NCBI GenBank assembly: GCA_965203555.1
Contig: CBDBCY010000004.1
Location: 1,440,001 to 1,504,000 of the forward strand
Direction: 5' to 3'
Length of the DNA: 64,000 nucleotides
Source of the DNA: Acidimicrobiia bacterium
Lineage (GTDB): Bacteria > Actinomycetota > Acidimicrobiia > Spongiisociales > ZC4RG35
Shown: positions 30,989 through 41,910 of the stretch, one piece after another
How the letters are laid out: the number at the start of each line of letters is the position of its first letter
Position numbering within the stretch: position 1 is the stretch's first letter
Translations under genes and position numbers: made by a program
The notes under the pieces: generated by a model
The model's input: only the letters and a program-made list of their open reading frames with translations
Told to the model about the DNA's origin: nothing
Databases searched by the model: none

Positions 30989-31426
30989 ATGGCCGGGGTG
31001 CACACCAAGGTAGAACAAAGCTTGCGTTCGCAGGGTATGCGCTACACGTCCAACCGCCGAGAACTCATCTCTGTACTTGAGCACACCCACGGTCCACTCA
31101 CCGTCGATGAACTGTATCGGGCTACCCAGCGGCGGGTCCCCTCCTCTTCCATCTACCGGGAGGTGCGCGCACTGTTCGAGGCCAAGGTGCTTTCCCTTAT
31201 CCGCTGCACGGACCGGTCGAATCGCTTCGAGTTGGCGGAATGGCTGTCGGGCCATCATCACCACATGGTGTGCAGACCGTGCATGGCGATTTCCGACATA
31301 GTCCTGCCCCCCGAGGCGGAACGCCGCCTCGCCGAATTGGTCGACCTAGCCGCCACCCACACCGGATACCTGGTCACCGAACACACCCTGGAGGTCGAGG
31401 GCATCTGCCCGGATTGCCGATCATGA
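30989..31426 (+). CDS. Fur family regulator (Zur-like)
   Basis: RYTSNR, SSIYR, HHHHMVCRPC and GICPDC motifs. Confidence 0.9.
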   Translation: MAGVHTKVEQSLRSQGMRYTSNRRELISVLEHTHGPLTVDELYRATQRRVPSSSIYREVRALFEAKVLSLIRCTDRSNRFELAEWLSGHHHHMVCRPCMAISDIVLPPEAERRLAELVDLAATHTGYLVTEHTLEVEGICPDCRS

Positions 31427-32175
31427 AATGGCCTGCAGGACCGGTCGGACCCGCGGTCGAGGCGCAAGACCTGGAACTGCGGTACGGCTCGCACGTTGTC
31501 ATGGAACCTTCTTCTTTCACCGCTCCCATGGGAGCGATCACCGCCCTGATCGGACCGAACGGTGCCGGAAAGTCCACACTGCTTCACACCATGGTCGGCC
31601 TGATCGCCCCGGCGGGTGGGGAGGTGAAGGTGATGGGCACCACCCCGCAGAAGGCCCGCAAGCAGGTTTCCTACGTGCTCCAGTCCAAGGACGTAAACCA
31701 GTCTCTCCCGCTTACCGTCGCCCAGATCGTGGCCATGGGCCGCTATCCGAAACGGGGCATGGTCCGGCCCTTCCGGATCGACGACCGCGCTCGGATCGCG
31801 GAAGCCATGGAGAGGATGGACATCACCCATCTCGCCAACCGGCATCTCACCGAACTGTCGGGAGGACAGCGGCAGAGAGTCTTCATGGCCCAGGGAATCG
31901 CCCAGGATCATCTCGTGATGCTGTTGGACGAACCGCTCACCGGCTTGGATGTCATCTCGGCGGAAACCGTGGACAGGATCATGCACGAAGAGAGGGAGCA
32001 CGGTTGCGGGGTGATTGTCTGCACCCACGACCTGGGCGAGGCCAACACCGCCGACCACGTACTTCTGCTTGGAGAAAAGCGGGTGGTCAGCGGACCTCCA
32101 TCGGAAGTGCTGACCAACGAAAACCTCCTGGCGGCGTTCGGTTTGGGACTGATGCACTTCTCAAACCACCGGTAG
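31423..32175 (+). CDS. Metal ABC transporter ATP-binding protein
   Basis: GPNGAGKST, LSGGQRQR, LLDEP and THDL motifs; ATGA overlap with the Fur gene. Confidence 0.92.
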   Translation: MKWPAGPVGPAVEAQDLELRYGSHVVMEPSSFTAPMGAITALIGPNGAGKSTLLHTMVGLIAPAGGEVKVMGTTPQKARKQVSYVLQSKDVNQSLPLTVAQIVAMGRYPKRGMVRPFRIDDRARIAEAMERMDITHLANRHLTELSGGQRQRVFMAQGIAQDHLVMLLDEPLTGLDVISAETVDRIMHEEREHGCGVIVCTHDLGEANTADHVLLLGEKRVVSGPPSEVLTNENLLAAFGLGLMHFSNHR

Positions 32176-32208
32176 GCTGCAGAATAGAAGACGACGAGAG
32201 AACCTCAG

Positions 32209-32673
32209 ATGAGCGTTAAAGACGAGATGCGCGCCGAGTTGGTGAACGCCATGAAGACGGGTGACCGCCCCCGCCGGGACGCCATACGCTCCGTCGAAGC
32301 GGAAATACAGACCCGAAAAACGGCCCGCGGTTTTTTGGGAACCGGGGAGGATGACGACTTTTACCGGCAGGTGATCGGAGGGTACGTAAAGAAGATGCGA
32401 AAGGCCGCCTCCGAGTATTCCAAGCTGGGTGAGCGCGGGGCGGACATGGCCCGAAAGCTCTCCTTCGAGGTGGACTACCTGTCCCGGTGGCTGCCTTCCC
32501 GTCTTGACGAGGACCAGAGCCGCCGGCTGGTCCGCCGGACCATCGCCCGGCTGGGGGTGGAGAGCCAACCCCGAGCACAGGGCAGGGTGATGGGACAGAT
32601 CATGAAGACCCACCGTCAAGAGGTGGACGGAGGCCTGGTGTCCCGACTGGTCAGAGAAGAACTGTCCTCCTAA
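32209..32673 (+). CDS. GatB/YqeY domain protein
   Basis: AMKTGD, WLP, GRVMGQIMK and VDGGLVSRLV motifs. Confidence 0.85.
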   Translation: MSVKDEMRAELVNAMKTGDRPRRDAIRSVEAEIQTRKTARGFLGTGEDDDFYRQVIGGYVKKMRKAASEYSKLGERGADMARKLSFEVDYLSRWLPSRLDEDQSRRLVRRTIARLGVESQPRAQGRVMGQIMKTHRQEVDGGLVSRLVREELSS

Positions 32674-32779
32674 CCCGCCCTGTTGCTCGCCTTGACCAGC
32701 CCTCTTGCTCGCCGAGCCTGTTCAACACACAGACCCACTCGATCACAAAGCATCTGAAAGTGGTAAAATCGGAGGCCTG

Positions 32780-33601
32780 ATGCGTCCTATCTGGAAGGGC
32801 GCCATCTCGTTCGGCCTGGTGAACATTCCGGTGGTGCTTTACTCGGCCACCGAAGATCGGCGCCCCAAGTTCAAACAGTTGCGTCAAAGCGACAAGAGTC
32901 CGATCCGCTACAAGAGGGTGGCGGAAGTGGACGGTCGAGAGGTGCCCTGGGGGGAGATCGTGCGAGGCTACGAGGTGGAACGGGGCGCCTACGTAGTGTT
33001 CAGCGACACCGAGTTGGCCGCGGCAGGGATCGGCAAGAAAGGCCTTCCCCTGATCGACGTGATCAGGTTCGTGGAGTCCGAAGAGATCGATCCGGTGTAC
33101 TACAAGTCTTCCTATTACCTGGCGCCGGAGAAGACGGGCCTGCGCGCCTACCGGATCCTCCGGGAGGCCCTCCAATCAGCGGGAAGGGTGGGGGTAGCCC
33201 GATTCGCGATGAGAGGAAAGGAACACCTTTCCACTCTCAGATGCCACCAGGACACCCTCCTGCTGGAGACCATGTTCTGGCCCGATGAGATCCGGGCTGT
33301 TCCCGCCGGCGAGGCTGACGAAGAGGTGGAGATAAGGCCCGAGGAGGTGGAGATGGCCAAGATCCTGATCGACACCATGAGCGGACCCTTCGTGGGAGAC
33401 GACTACCAGGACAAGACCAGGGAGAACATCGAGGCGGTCGCCCGGCAGAAGGTCGAAGGAAAAGAGATCGTCTCACTGGAGTCCCCCGACCAACCCGGAG
33501 AAGTAATCGACCTGCTGGCCGCCCTCAAAGCCAGCGTAGCGGCCACCAAGGCCGCGGTGGACAGCAGAGAGACCTCCGAACCACAGACAGCCGTCGGCTG
33601 A
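32780..33601 (+). CDS. ku: Non-homologous end-joining protein Ku
   Basis: MRPIWKGAISFGLVNIPV, YYLAP, WPDEIR and VIDLLAALKASV motifs. Confidence 0.95.
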   Translation: MRPIWKGAISFGLVNIPVVLYSATEDRRPKFKQLRQSDKSPIRYKRVAEVDGREVPWGEIVRGYEVERGAYVVFSDTELAAAGIGKKGLPLIDVIRFVESEEIDPVYYKSSYYLAPEKTGLRAYRILREALQSAGRVGVARFAMRGKEHLSTLRCHQDTLLLETMFWPDEIRAVPAGEADEEVEIRPEEVEMAKILIDTMSGPFVGDDYQDKTRENIEAVARQKVEGKEIVSLESPDQPGEVIDLLAALKASVAATKAAVDSRETSEPQTAVG

Positions 33602-33658
33602 CCCGCGAGAGTCGAAGCAGACCTCCCGTAGGGCAGCGGGGAGGCCGAGCCCGGGTGT

Positions 33659-34933
33659 TTACTCCACTTCCAGGCGGAACATGTCCTCGTATTCTTCCCG
33701 GCGCACTACCAGGCGGGATTGGCCGTCGGCTGCGAATACCACCGGGGGTCGGGGGACCTTTTGGTAGTTGGATCCCATGGAATGGCCGTAGGCGCCGGTC
33801 ACCGGAGTGGCGACCACGTCTCCGACTTCGACGTCGCCGGGTACCCAACCCGAATCGACCAGCCGGTCCCCGCTCTCGCAGTGCTTGCCCACCACCGTCA
33901 CCTCCCGCTCCCGGGGGGCGGTCACCGCACGGGGTAAGAAAACCTCGTAGCCGCTGCCGTACAGGACCGGCCGGGGATTGTCGCTCATCCCCCCATCCAC
34001 CGACAGGTAGGTGCGAACCCCCTCCACCTCCTTGATGGTCCCCACCCGGTACAGGGTCAGCGCCGCAGAGGCCACGATGGCCCTTCCCGGTTCGGCCGCG
34101 ATGGGACCGGTGACTCCTTCCTCCCGGCAGGTTCCCACCAGCGCCTCCGCCCACTCGGCAATGGCGGGCGCCGACTCCCCCTCCACATACGGCACTCCCA
34201 GCCCGCCTCCCAGCGACAGTTCCTCCAGACCGAACGGGACGGCCAGCCTCGCCACGATGCGAGCGGCCTCCCGGAAGGACTCCAGCCGGAAGACCTGGCT
34301 CCCGATGTGCGCATGGACGCCTCGGGCCCGCATGGAGGGGGAGTTCTTGGCTCGGCGCACCGCCTGGTCGGCGGCCCCGGTTGACACGGTGAAACCGAAC
34401 TTGGTGTCGTCATGACCGGTGGCGACAAACTCGTGAGTGTGAGCATCGACACCGGGAGTGATCCGGATCAGGACATCAACCGGCCCCATTGTCGACCGGA
34501 CGTACAGGTGGTCGATTCGATCCATCTCGTCGAAAGAGTCCACCACCACCCGGCCCACCCCGGCATCGATGGCCGTCACCAGTTCTTCCACAGACTTGTT
34601 GTTGCCGTGAAACACCAGCTTCTCGGGCGGGAATCCGGCGCGAAGCGCCATTGCCAATTCTCCGCCGGTCGCCACATCCATACCCAGACCTTCGGACTGC
34701 ACCAATCTGGCCATGGCCAAGCACAAAAAAGCCTTGGCCGCATAGACCACCTCTCCCCCGAACGCACCGGCGGCCTCCCGGCAACGATGTCGCAGGTGGA
34801 GCTCGTCGTAGACAAAAACCGGAGTGCCATATTGCTCGGCCAACTCTTCCAGATCGCATCCACCCACCACCAAACGCCCGTCGACCACCTCGGAGGTGTC
34901 GGGTAGCAGATGAAACGGTAGAGGTCCGGCCAT
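33659..34933 (-). CDS. lysA: Diaminopimelate decarboxylase
   Basis: YGTP, YAAKAF, HGNNKS, HAHIGSQ, EPGR, KHCESGD and TGAY motifs. Confidence 0.95.
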   Translation of the reverse strand: MAGPLPFHLLPDTSEVVDGRLVVGGCDLEELAEQYGTPVFVYDELHLRHRCREAAGAFGGEVVYAAKAFLCLAMARLVQSEGLGMDVATGGELAMALRAGFPPEKLVFHGNNKSVEELVTAIDAGVGRVVVDSFDEMDRIDHLYVRSTMGPVDVLIRITPGVDAHTHEFVATGHDDTKFGFTVSTGAADQAVRRAKNSPSMRARGVHAHIGSQVFRLESFREAARIVARLAVPFGLEELSLGGGLGVPYVEGESAPAIAEWAEALVGTCREEGVTGPIAAEPGRAIVASAALTLYRVGTIKEVEGVRTYLSVDGGMSDNPRPVLYGSGYEVFLPRAVTAPREREVTVVGKHCESGDRLVDSGWVPGDVEVGDVVATPVTGAYGHSMGSNYQKVPRPPVVFAADGQSRLVVRREEYEDMFRLEVE

Positions 34934-34999
34934 GTTCTTCCTAAGGGCGAGGGCGTCTGGTTTGCCGAAGCGTACCTGTGGCGCTCTACCATTCCGGCT

Positions 35000-36277
35000 A
35001 TGGAAATCGGCGTGGGCCTTCTTGGAGGAGGCACGGTAGGTGGCGAGTTGGCCAAACGGCTCCTCGAAGACCGCGACGCCATTCTGGCCAAGTCGGGAAT
35101 CGACCTGAGGCTGCGGGGCGTGGCCGTTCGCCAACCGGACAAGCCCCGACCCTTCCCCTCCCGATTCATCGTCGACCGTGCAGATCACCTGGTTTCGATG
35201 CCCGGGGTGGACCTGGTGGTGGAACTCATGGGAGGGGTCGATCCTGCCCGACAGTTGCTGCTGTCCGCTCTCGACCTGGGCAAGCCGGTGATCACCGCCA
35301 ACAAGGAACTCCTGTCTCTGCACGGACCGCAGTTGTTTGCGCGGGCGGCCGACAAGGGCGTCTCGCTGCTCTTCGAAGCGGCGGTGGGCGGAGGGATTCC
35401 TCTGATCCGTCCCCTGTCCGAGTCCTTGGCGGGCGAAAAGATCGAACGGGTCACCGGAATCGTCAACGGGACCACCAACTACATCCTGACCGCCATGGAC
35501 GCCGAGGGGATGGCCTATCAAAAGGCGTTGGCGGAAGCGCAAAGGCTGGGATACGCCGAGGCGGACCCCACCGCCGACGTAAGCGGCAACGACGCAGCCG
35601 CCAAGGCGGCCATCCTGGCCGGACTGGCCTTCGGCCAGTGGGTCGACATAAACCAGGTCTACCGGGAGGGAATCACCGAGATCTCCACCATGGACATGGG
35701 TTTCGCCCGCCAGTTGGGCTACGGCGTGAAACTGCTGGCGGTGGCAGACACTTCCTCGCAGGGTCCGGCGGTGCGGGTGCACCCGGCCCTGGTGCCGACC
35801 GGTCACCCGCTGGCCCTGATAAGGGGCGCCAACAACGGTGTCTTTCTGGAGGGTCCCTCCATCGGTGAACTGCTCTTTTTGGGACCGGGAGCGGGCGGAA
35901 GACCCACCGCCACCGCAGTGCTGGGAGACGTGATCCTCGCCTCCCGGGAATTCCTGGCCGGCACCAAGGTCGCCCCCCGGGTACGGTTCGGCAACGGCGC
36001 CGTGCGGGACTTCTCCGACGTGCAGACCCAGTGGTACCTGCGCCTGGAAGTGAAGGATGCCCCCGGGGTCCTGGCCCAGATCGCGGCGGTGTTCGGCGCT
36101 CACCAGGTGTCCATCATGTCGGTGTGGCAGGAGGGAAGGGGAGACGACGCAACCCTTTTGCTGATCACCCACCACGCACGGGAGGACCATCACCGGGCAG
36201 CGGTGCGGGACCTGGAAAAACTGCAGGTGGTAGGCCAGGTGGCGGCCACCATCCGGGTGATCGGCTCAAGCCCCTGA
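35000..36277 (+). CDS. hom: Homoserine dehydrogenase with ACT domain
   Basis: GLLGGGTVG, TANK, FEAAVGGGIP, NGTTNYIL and GPGAG motifs. Confidence 0.95.
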   Translation: MEIGVGLLGGGTVGGELAKRLLEDRDAILAKSGIDLRLRGVAVRQPDKPRPFPSRFIVDRADHLVSMPGVDLVVELMGGVDPARQLLLSALDLGKPVITANKELLSLHGPQLFARAADKGVSLLFEAAVGGGIPLIRPLSESLAGEKIERVTGIVNGTTNYILTAMDAEGMAYQKALAEAQRLGYAEADPTADVSGNDAAAKAAILAGLAFGQWVDINQVYREGITEISTMDMGFARQLGYGVKLLAVADTSSQGPAVRVHPALVPTGHPLALIRGANNGVFLEGPSIGELLFLGPGAGGRPTATAVLGDVILASREFLAGTKVAPRVRFGNGAVRDFSDVQTQWYLRLEVKDAPGVLAQIAAVFGAHQVSIMSVWQEGRGDDATLLLITHHAREDHHRAAVRDLEKLQVVGQVAATIRVIGSSP

Positions 36278-36308
36278 TGGACTCTCCCACCGAAGCCCGG
36301 GTCCGGCC

Positions 36309-37685
36309 GTGAGATATATCTCGACCCGGGGAGGGACCCCTCCCGCCTCTTTCGACGACATCCTCCTCCAGGGACCGGCGCCCGACGGGGGCCTGTACGT
36401 CCCGCAGCGATGGCCTTCCGTCCCGCCGTTGCCTGCGGACATCTCCTACCACGAGATGGTTGCCACGGTGGCGGCGCCCTTCATGGAAGGAAGTCTTCTT
36501 CTCGAACATCTTCCCCGGCTGGCTGCCGAAGCCTACGCCGGTTTCGGCCCCCAGGGACCGGCGCCGCTCAGGCAGGTGGCGGAGAACCGGTGGCTGCTGG
36601 ATCTCACCCTCGGCCCCACCCTCTCTTTCAAGGACTACGCCCTGCAATTGCTGGGAAGGCTGTTCGACCAACTCCTGGCGTTGCAGGGCAGGCGGATAAT
36701 GGTGCTGGGCGCCACCTCGGGAGACACCGGTTCGGCAGCCATCGAGGCCTGCCGCGACCGCCCCGCCATCGACATCGTCATTCTCTATCCCCAAGGTCGG
36801 GTATCCGACATCCAGCGTCGCCAGATGACCACCGTGGATTCATCCAATGTCCATGCGGTGGCCGTGGAGGGGACCTTCGACGACTGCCAGGACCTGGTGA
36901 AAGCGGCCTTCGCCGACCCGAGCATACGCCGCCGACTGGCCCTGGCGGCGGTCAACTCGATCAACTGGGCGCGGATAGTGGCCCAAGTCGCCTACTACCT
37001 TTGGGCTGGGCGCCGGCTGGGGCAGCCGGTCAGCTTCTGCGTGCCAACCGGCAATTTCGGCAACGTGCTGGCCGGGTGGGCCGCCCGGCGGATGGGGGGG
37101 CCCATTGACAAGTTGGTGGTGGCCAACAACCACAACCACGGACTCACCCGACTCATCTCCGAAGGGCTTCTTCCCATTGGCGAGGTGCGTCCCACTCTCG
37201 CTCCGGCCATGGACATCCAGATCCCATCCAACCTGGAGAGATACCTGTTCGAATTGGGTTCCAGGCGGGGTGAGTGGATGTCACAGATGATGAGCGACTA
37301 CCGACGGCTGGGCGAACTGCGGCTCGACGAGGACCTGCACTCTCGCCTCCAACAGGACTTCAGCGCCGGGTGGATGGGAGACACCCGGATTGTCGAGGTG
37401 ATCGCCCAAGCACATCGCGAGCACGGATTGCTGCTCGACCCTCACAGTGCGTTGGGATGGGCCATGGCGCAGCGCGTGGGCGAGACCGGCGAGCAGATCG
37501 TCAGCATCGCCACCGCCCATCCCGCCAAATTCCCCGAAGCGGTGACCGAGGCGGTGGGTTTTTCTCCCCAACTTCCGTCCCGGCTTGCCGACCTGTCCGC
37601 CCGGCGGGAGCGCACCACCGTGATTCCGGCTCGGCTTGACCGCCTGGTGGCGGTGCTGGAGAACGCCCGAGCGCAAACGGCTTGA
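36309..37685 (+). CDS. thrC: Threonine synthase (long type)
   Basis: YISTRG, DGGLYVP, GPTLSFKD, ATSGDTG, NSINWAR and VPTGNFGN motifs. Confidence 0.95.
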   Translation: MRYISTRGGTPPASFDDILLQGPAPDGGLYVPQRWPSVPPLPADISYHEMVATVAAPFMEGSLLLEHLPRLAAEAYAGFGPQGPAPLRQVAENRWLLDLTLGPTLSFKDYALQLLGRLFDQLLALQGRRIMVLGATSGDTGSAAIEACRDRPAIDIVILYPQGRVSDIQRRQMTTVDSSNVHAVAVEGTFDDCQDLVKAAFADPSIRRRLALAAVNSINWARIVAQVAYYLWAGRRLGQPVSFCVPTGNFGNVLAGWAARRMGGPIDKLVVANNHNHGLTRLISEGLLPIGEVRPTLAPAMDIQIPSNLERYLFELGSRRGEWMSQMMSDYRRLGELRLDEDLHSRLQQDFSAGWMGDTRIVEVIAQAHREHGLLLDPHSALGWAMAQRVGETGEQIVSIATAHPAKFPEAVTEAVGFSPQLPSRLADLSARRERTTVIPARLDRLVAVLENARAQTA

Positions 37686-37906
37686 GCGCATCGCCCACAT
37701 TCAAACCATGGAAGCGATATCCGTTTTGGCACGCGGTTTTGTCTTTGTATAATGGCGTTTGTCTGGTTCGTCGCCCTCATAGCCCCGGCGGCGGGCACCC
37801 GAGAAATCTCTCCAAGGCGGTCTCGTATAGCACGGTTACGCCCTTCGCCCCATAAGGAAGGTGAGAGGCTATTCGGAAATAACTCCGAGAGCACGAGGAA
37901 TCCTCT

Positions 37907-39448
37907 ATGACTATTCAAACCGAAAACGGCCAGCTTCGAACCAAGTCGGTTGAAGATCTGCGAAAGATCGCCAAGGCGATCGGCATCAACTCCGGCGGAA
38001 TGGGTAAGGAGCAGTTGATCGTCGCCATAACCGGCGGCGCCAAAGGTGAATCCGACGCCGGCAAGGCAACCCCTCCGCCGAAGGCAAAGGGCGGACGCCA
38101 GCAGGCCCCTCCGGCGCCCGTTCCTCCCTCTCCCTCCCGTCAAAAGACCCAAAGCGGCAGCAGCTCTGGAGGCGGCAAAAAGGAGAAAAACCCGAAGCCG
38201 GACTTTGAATTCCGGGCTACGGAGCCTCCCAGTCCCCCGCGCCCAGGCGGTGGTCGCCGTCGCCGCGGCAGGGGTCGAAGGCAACCGTCCCACGCCAACA
38301 TTCCCGAGAGCGAATTGGAGGTCCGGGAAGGACTGCTGGACATTCTCCCCGAGGGCTACGGATTCCTGCGGGTGTCCGGGTACGGTCCCGGCGACAAGGA
38401 CGTCTACGTTTCCGCCGGTCTGATCCGCCGCCTGCAACTGCGCAAGGGCGATCTGGTGGGTGGGCCGATCCGGCCGCCTCGCTCGCAGGAGAAGTATCCG
38501 GGAATGGTGAGGGTCGAGCATGTCAACAAGGTCGACCCGGGCCAAGCGATGCGCAGACCCAAATTCGAAAGGCTCACTCCCCTGTTCCCGGATCAGCGGC
38601 TCCGCCTGGAGTTGGACGGGATGCCTCAGCGGACCCTGGCCCGCCTCATCGACCTGATCTCCCCGGTCGGCAAGGGCCAGCGAGGACTGATCGTCTCCCC
38701 GCCCAAGGCAGGAAAGACCACCGTTCTCAAGGAGATCGCCCAGTCGATCACCGTGAACAACCCCGAGTGTCATCTCATGGTGGTGCTGGTGGATGAACGG
38801 CCTGAAGAAGTGACGGACATGCAGAGGTCGGTGAGAGGTGACGTGGTGTACTCCACCTTCGACCGTCCGGCGGAACAGCACACTCAAATCGCCGACCTGG
38901 CCTTGGAGCGCGCCAAGCGAATGGTGGAAGCCGGGATGGACGTGGTGATCCTGCTTGACTCCATCACCCGGCTGGCCCGCGCTCACAACCTGGCAGCCCC
39001 CGCTTCCGGACGCATGCTCTCGGGAGGGATCGACGCTACGGCGCTTTATCCGCCCAAGCGGTTCTTCGGCGCCGCCCGCAACATCGAGGAAGGCGGGAGC
39101 CTGACCATCTTGGGAACCGCGTTGGTGGAGACCCGGTCCAAGATGGACGAGGTGATCTTCGAAGAGTTCAAGGGCACCGGAAATATGGAATTGCGGTTGG
39201 ATCGCAAGCTGGCCGACAAGCGGATCTATCCGGCGGTCGACATTGAGCTCTCGGGCACTCGCCGTGAAGAGTTGCTGTTCACTGTGGACGAACTGCCCCA
39301 GGTCTGGAAACTGCGGCGGGTGCTGCTGTCGCTGGATCCGAGTGCGGCAATCGAATTGCTGATAGATAAACTGCAAAGTTCACCTTCCAACAAGGTGTTC
39401 CTGGCCGAGGTGGCCAGAAACACCGGGGATCGAGTCAGATCGGTATGA
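37907..39448 (+). CDS. rho: Transcription termination factor Rho
   Basis: [28 protein letters not shown] and [10 protein letters not shown] motifs. Confidence 0.97.
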   Translation: MTIQTENGQLRTKSVEDLRKIAKAIGINSGGMGKEQLIVAITGGAKGESDAGKATPPPKAKGGRQQAPPAPVPPSPSRQKTQSGSSSGGGKKEKNPKPDFEFRATEPPSPPRPGGGRRRRGRGRRQPSHANIPESELEVREGLLDILPEGYGFLRVSGYGPGDKDVYVSAGLIRRLQLRKGDLVGGPIRPPRSQEKYPGMVRVEHVNKVDPGQAMRRPKFERLTPLFPDQRLRLELDGMPQRTLARLIDLISPVGKGQRGLIVSPPKAGKTTVLKEIAQSITVNNPECHLMVVLVDERPEEVTDMQRSVRGDVVYSTFDRPAEQHTQIADLALERAKRMVEAGMDVVILLDSITRLARAHNLAAPASGRMLSGGIDATALYPPKRFFGAARNIEEGGSLTILGTALVETRSKMDEVIFEEFKGTGNMELRLDRKLADKRIYPAVDIELSGTRREELLFTVDELPQVWKLRRVLLSLDPSAAIELLIDKLQSSPSNKVFLAEVARNTGDRVRSV

Positions 39449-39702
39449 AAACAGATATACACCCCCAATACGGCCTAACAACGGTTACCTGCTCATGCGG
39501 CGCCAGCTTCGTCACCAGGACCACCAGACCTCCCGCCATGACGGTGGAACTGTGCAACGAGTGCCATCCCTTTTACACCGGCGAACAGAGACTGGTGGAT
39601 ACCGGTGGTCGGGTCGAGCACTTCCAGAGGCGCTACGGGGAGGCCGCCGAAGTCCGTTCGAAGCGGTATCAAAAGAAGAACCCGGGCAACTCCCCCGCCT
39701 AG
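39445..39702 (+). CDS. rpmE: 50S ribosomal protein L31 (Zn-binding type)
   Basis: [23 protein letters not shown] and DTGGRVE motifs. Confidence 0.95.
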   Translation: MKTDIHPQYGLTTVTCSCGASFVTRTTRPPAMTVELCNECHPFYTGEQRLVDTGGRVEHFQRRYGEAAEVRSKRYQKKNPGNSPA

Positions 39703-39815
39703 CCGCCAGAGGGTCCGGCGCTGTCAATTCTTGGACACCGGTCACCGGAGAGCGCTCTCCGCAATCAAGAATCGGATGATCTGAGGTTGGCCGTGCACAA
39801 GCGGAGGCGACGGCA

Positions 39816-40799
39816 ATGAGCGGCCAACCTTCTACCGATAATCAGAATCCCTCGGACCCGTTGGCAGTAGGAGGACAAGCCCTGATCGAGGGGGTGATGA
39901 TCCGGGCCCCGGAAGCCTGGGCGGTTGCGGCTCGGCGCATGGACGGCGCCATAGTGGCGGAACGCCGACCGCTTCCCCGTCTCTCCACCCGCACCTGGGC
40001 CGCCAAGGTTCCCTTCCTGCGGGGCATCCTGGTGCTGGTTGAATCTCTCAATCTGGGCTTTCGATCCCTGGCGTGGTCCGCCGAGGTCGCCACGCAGGAA
40101 CCGGGAGAAGAATCCGGGACCATAGAGGGCCCGCAGGAGTCGTTGGGCTGGAAGATGTGGCTGTGGATGGGCCTGGCCCTCGGCTTCTTCGTGGCTTTCT
40201 TCATGGTGGTACCGGCCACCGTGGCGCGCTGGACCGCAGGAGAGTCCGGTCTGCTGTTCGGTTTCTTGGAGGCGGTCATCCGGTTCGGACTCTTCATCGG
40301 CTACATATGGGGAATAGGCCGGATGGCGGACATCAAGCGGGTGTTCGCCTATCACGGCGCAGAACACATGACAATTCACGCCTACGAACAACAAGAGGAT
40401 CTGTCCGTGGAATCGATCGCCAAGTACCCGCCCGAGCATCCACGCTGCGGCACCAACTTCCTTCTGATCGTGGTCATAATCTCCATCATCGCCTTCGCCC
40501 TGGTGGGCAACCCGGGCTGGTTGGTGCTGATCGCCAGCAGGATCCTGTTTATACCCGTGATCGCCGCCATCGCCTACGAACTGCTCAAATTCGCCGGTAA
40601 GCGTCAATCCCAAACCCTCGGCAGGTGGCTGGCCGCGCCTGGAATCTGGCTGCAGAAGCTCACGACCAACCAACCGGATATTTTCCAGATCGAAGTGGCC
40701 ATGACCGCTTTGCTCTCTGCAGTGGATCCATCCGAGGCCGCCCGACTGCTGGAGGCCGGGACCTTTCCTGCTTCGGTGGTAAAGGCGGTGGCCCGATGA
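39816..40799 (+). CDS. DUF1385 membrane protein
   Basis: VGGQALIEGVM, YHGAEH and HPRCGT motifs. Confidence 0.9.
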   Translation: MSGQPSTDNQNPSDPLAVGGQALIEGVMIRAPEAWAVAARRMDGAIVAERRPLPRLSTRTWAAKVPFLRGILVLVESLNLGFRSLAWSAEVATQEPGEESGTIEGPQESLGWKMWLWMGLALGFFVAFFMVVPATVARWTAGESGLLFGFLEAVIRFGLFIGYIWGIGRMADIKRVFAYHGAEHMTIHAYEQQEDLSVESIAKYPPEHPRCGTNFLLIVVIISIIAFALVGNPGWLVLIASRILFIPVIAAIAYELLKFAGKRQSQTLGRWLAAPGIWLQKLTTNQPDIFQIEVAMTALLSAVDPSEAARLLEAGTFPASVVKAVAR

Positions 40800-41893
40800 G
40801 CACTCCGGTATGGCGAGATCGTATCCCGGAACTGGAGAGGCAGTTGGCCGAGATCGACAGGGAGATGTCCTCCCCGCAAGTCCTTTCCGATCACCGCCGG
40901 CTGGCTGATGCAGGAAGAAGGCGAGCCGAGCTATGGCCGATCGTAAAGACCGGTCGCGCCTGGGTGGCCGCCCGCGAGGATGCCCGGGAGGCTGAGGATC
41001 TGGCGGCGACCGACCCCGATCTACGGGCCGAACTCTTGGAATGGGCAGAAGAGAAGCACCGGGAAGCCGCCCAGTTGGAAAAAGACCTGGAGGTGCTGAT
41101 GGTTCCTCCCGACCCCGACGACCACCGGGATGTGATCATGGAGATCCGGGCGGCGGCAGGTGGTGACGAAGCGGCGATCTGGGCGGGAGACCTGTTCCGG
41201 ATGTACCAAAAATTCGCCGACCGGCGCGGCTTGCGAACCGAGGAAATGGAGGCTTCTGCATCCGGGGTGGGCGGATACAGCAAGATCTCCTTGGCGGTGA
41301 AAGGCCGCGGATCCTATGGCATGCTTCGTTACGAGGGCGGCGTCCACCGGGTGCAAAGGGTGCCGAGAACCGAGTCCCAGGGCAGGATCCACACCTCCAC
41401 GGCCACCGTGGCCGTACTTCCGGAAGCCGACGAGGTGGAGGTTGAAGTGAGTCCCGACGAGGTGCGAGTGGATGTCTTTCGCTCCTCGGGTCCAGGGGGC
41501 CAGTCGGTCAACACCACCGACTCGGCGGTGCGCATCACCCATCTTCCCACCGGATTGGTGGTCAGTTGCCAGGACCAAAAGAGCCAATTCCAGAACAAGG
41601 AGAAGGCGTTCCGGGTGCTGCGAGCCCGGCTTTATCGGCTGGAAGTCGAGAAGCGCCAGGAGGGAATCGCCGGAGAGAGGCGCTCGCAGGTGGGCGGAGG
41701 GGGCCGCTCGGAGAAGATCCGCACCTACAACTTCCGGGAGAACCGGGTCACCGATCATCGCATCGGATTGACGCTCAAGTCATTGGATCGGGTGCTGGAG
41801 GGCGAGATCGACCAGCTGAGCAATGCCCTGACCGCCCAGGATCGCTCCGAGAAACTGGTTTCATCACTGGTCGGGAAATCCCCGAACGACTGA
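40796..41893 (+). CDS. prfA: Peptide chain release factor 1
   Basis: GVHRVQRVPRTE (PxT), GGQ and RTYNF motifs. Confidence 0.96.
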   Translation: MSTPVWRDRIPELERQLAEIDREMSSPQVLSDHRRLADAGRRRAELWPIVKTGRAWVAAREDAREAEDLAATDPDLRAELLEWAEEKHREAAQLEKDLEVLMVPPDPDDHRDVIMEIRAAAGGDEAAIWAGDLFRMYQKFADRRGLRTEEMEASASGVGGYSKISLAVKGRGSYGMLRYEGGVHRVQRVPRTESQGRIHTSTATVAVLPEADEVEVEVSPDEVRVDVFRSSGPGGQSVNTTDSAVRITHLPTGLVVSCQDQKSQFQNKEKAFRVLRARLYRLEVEKRQEGIAGERRSQVGGGGRSEKIRTYNFRENRVTDHRIGLTLKSLDRVLEGEIDQLSNALTAQDRSEKLVSSLVGKSPND

Positions 41894-41910
41894 CCCGTTC
41901 GCCTTCGACA

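Noticed and set aside
33659-39376. Long ORFs such as the 844-aa extension of lysA and the 644-aa frame opposite rho
   Set aside because: Antisense shadows of real genes caused by high-GC codon bias.
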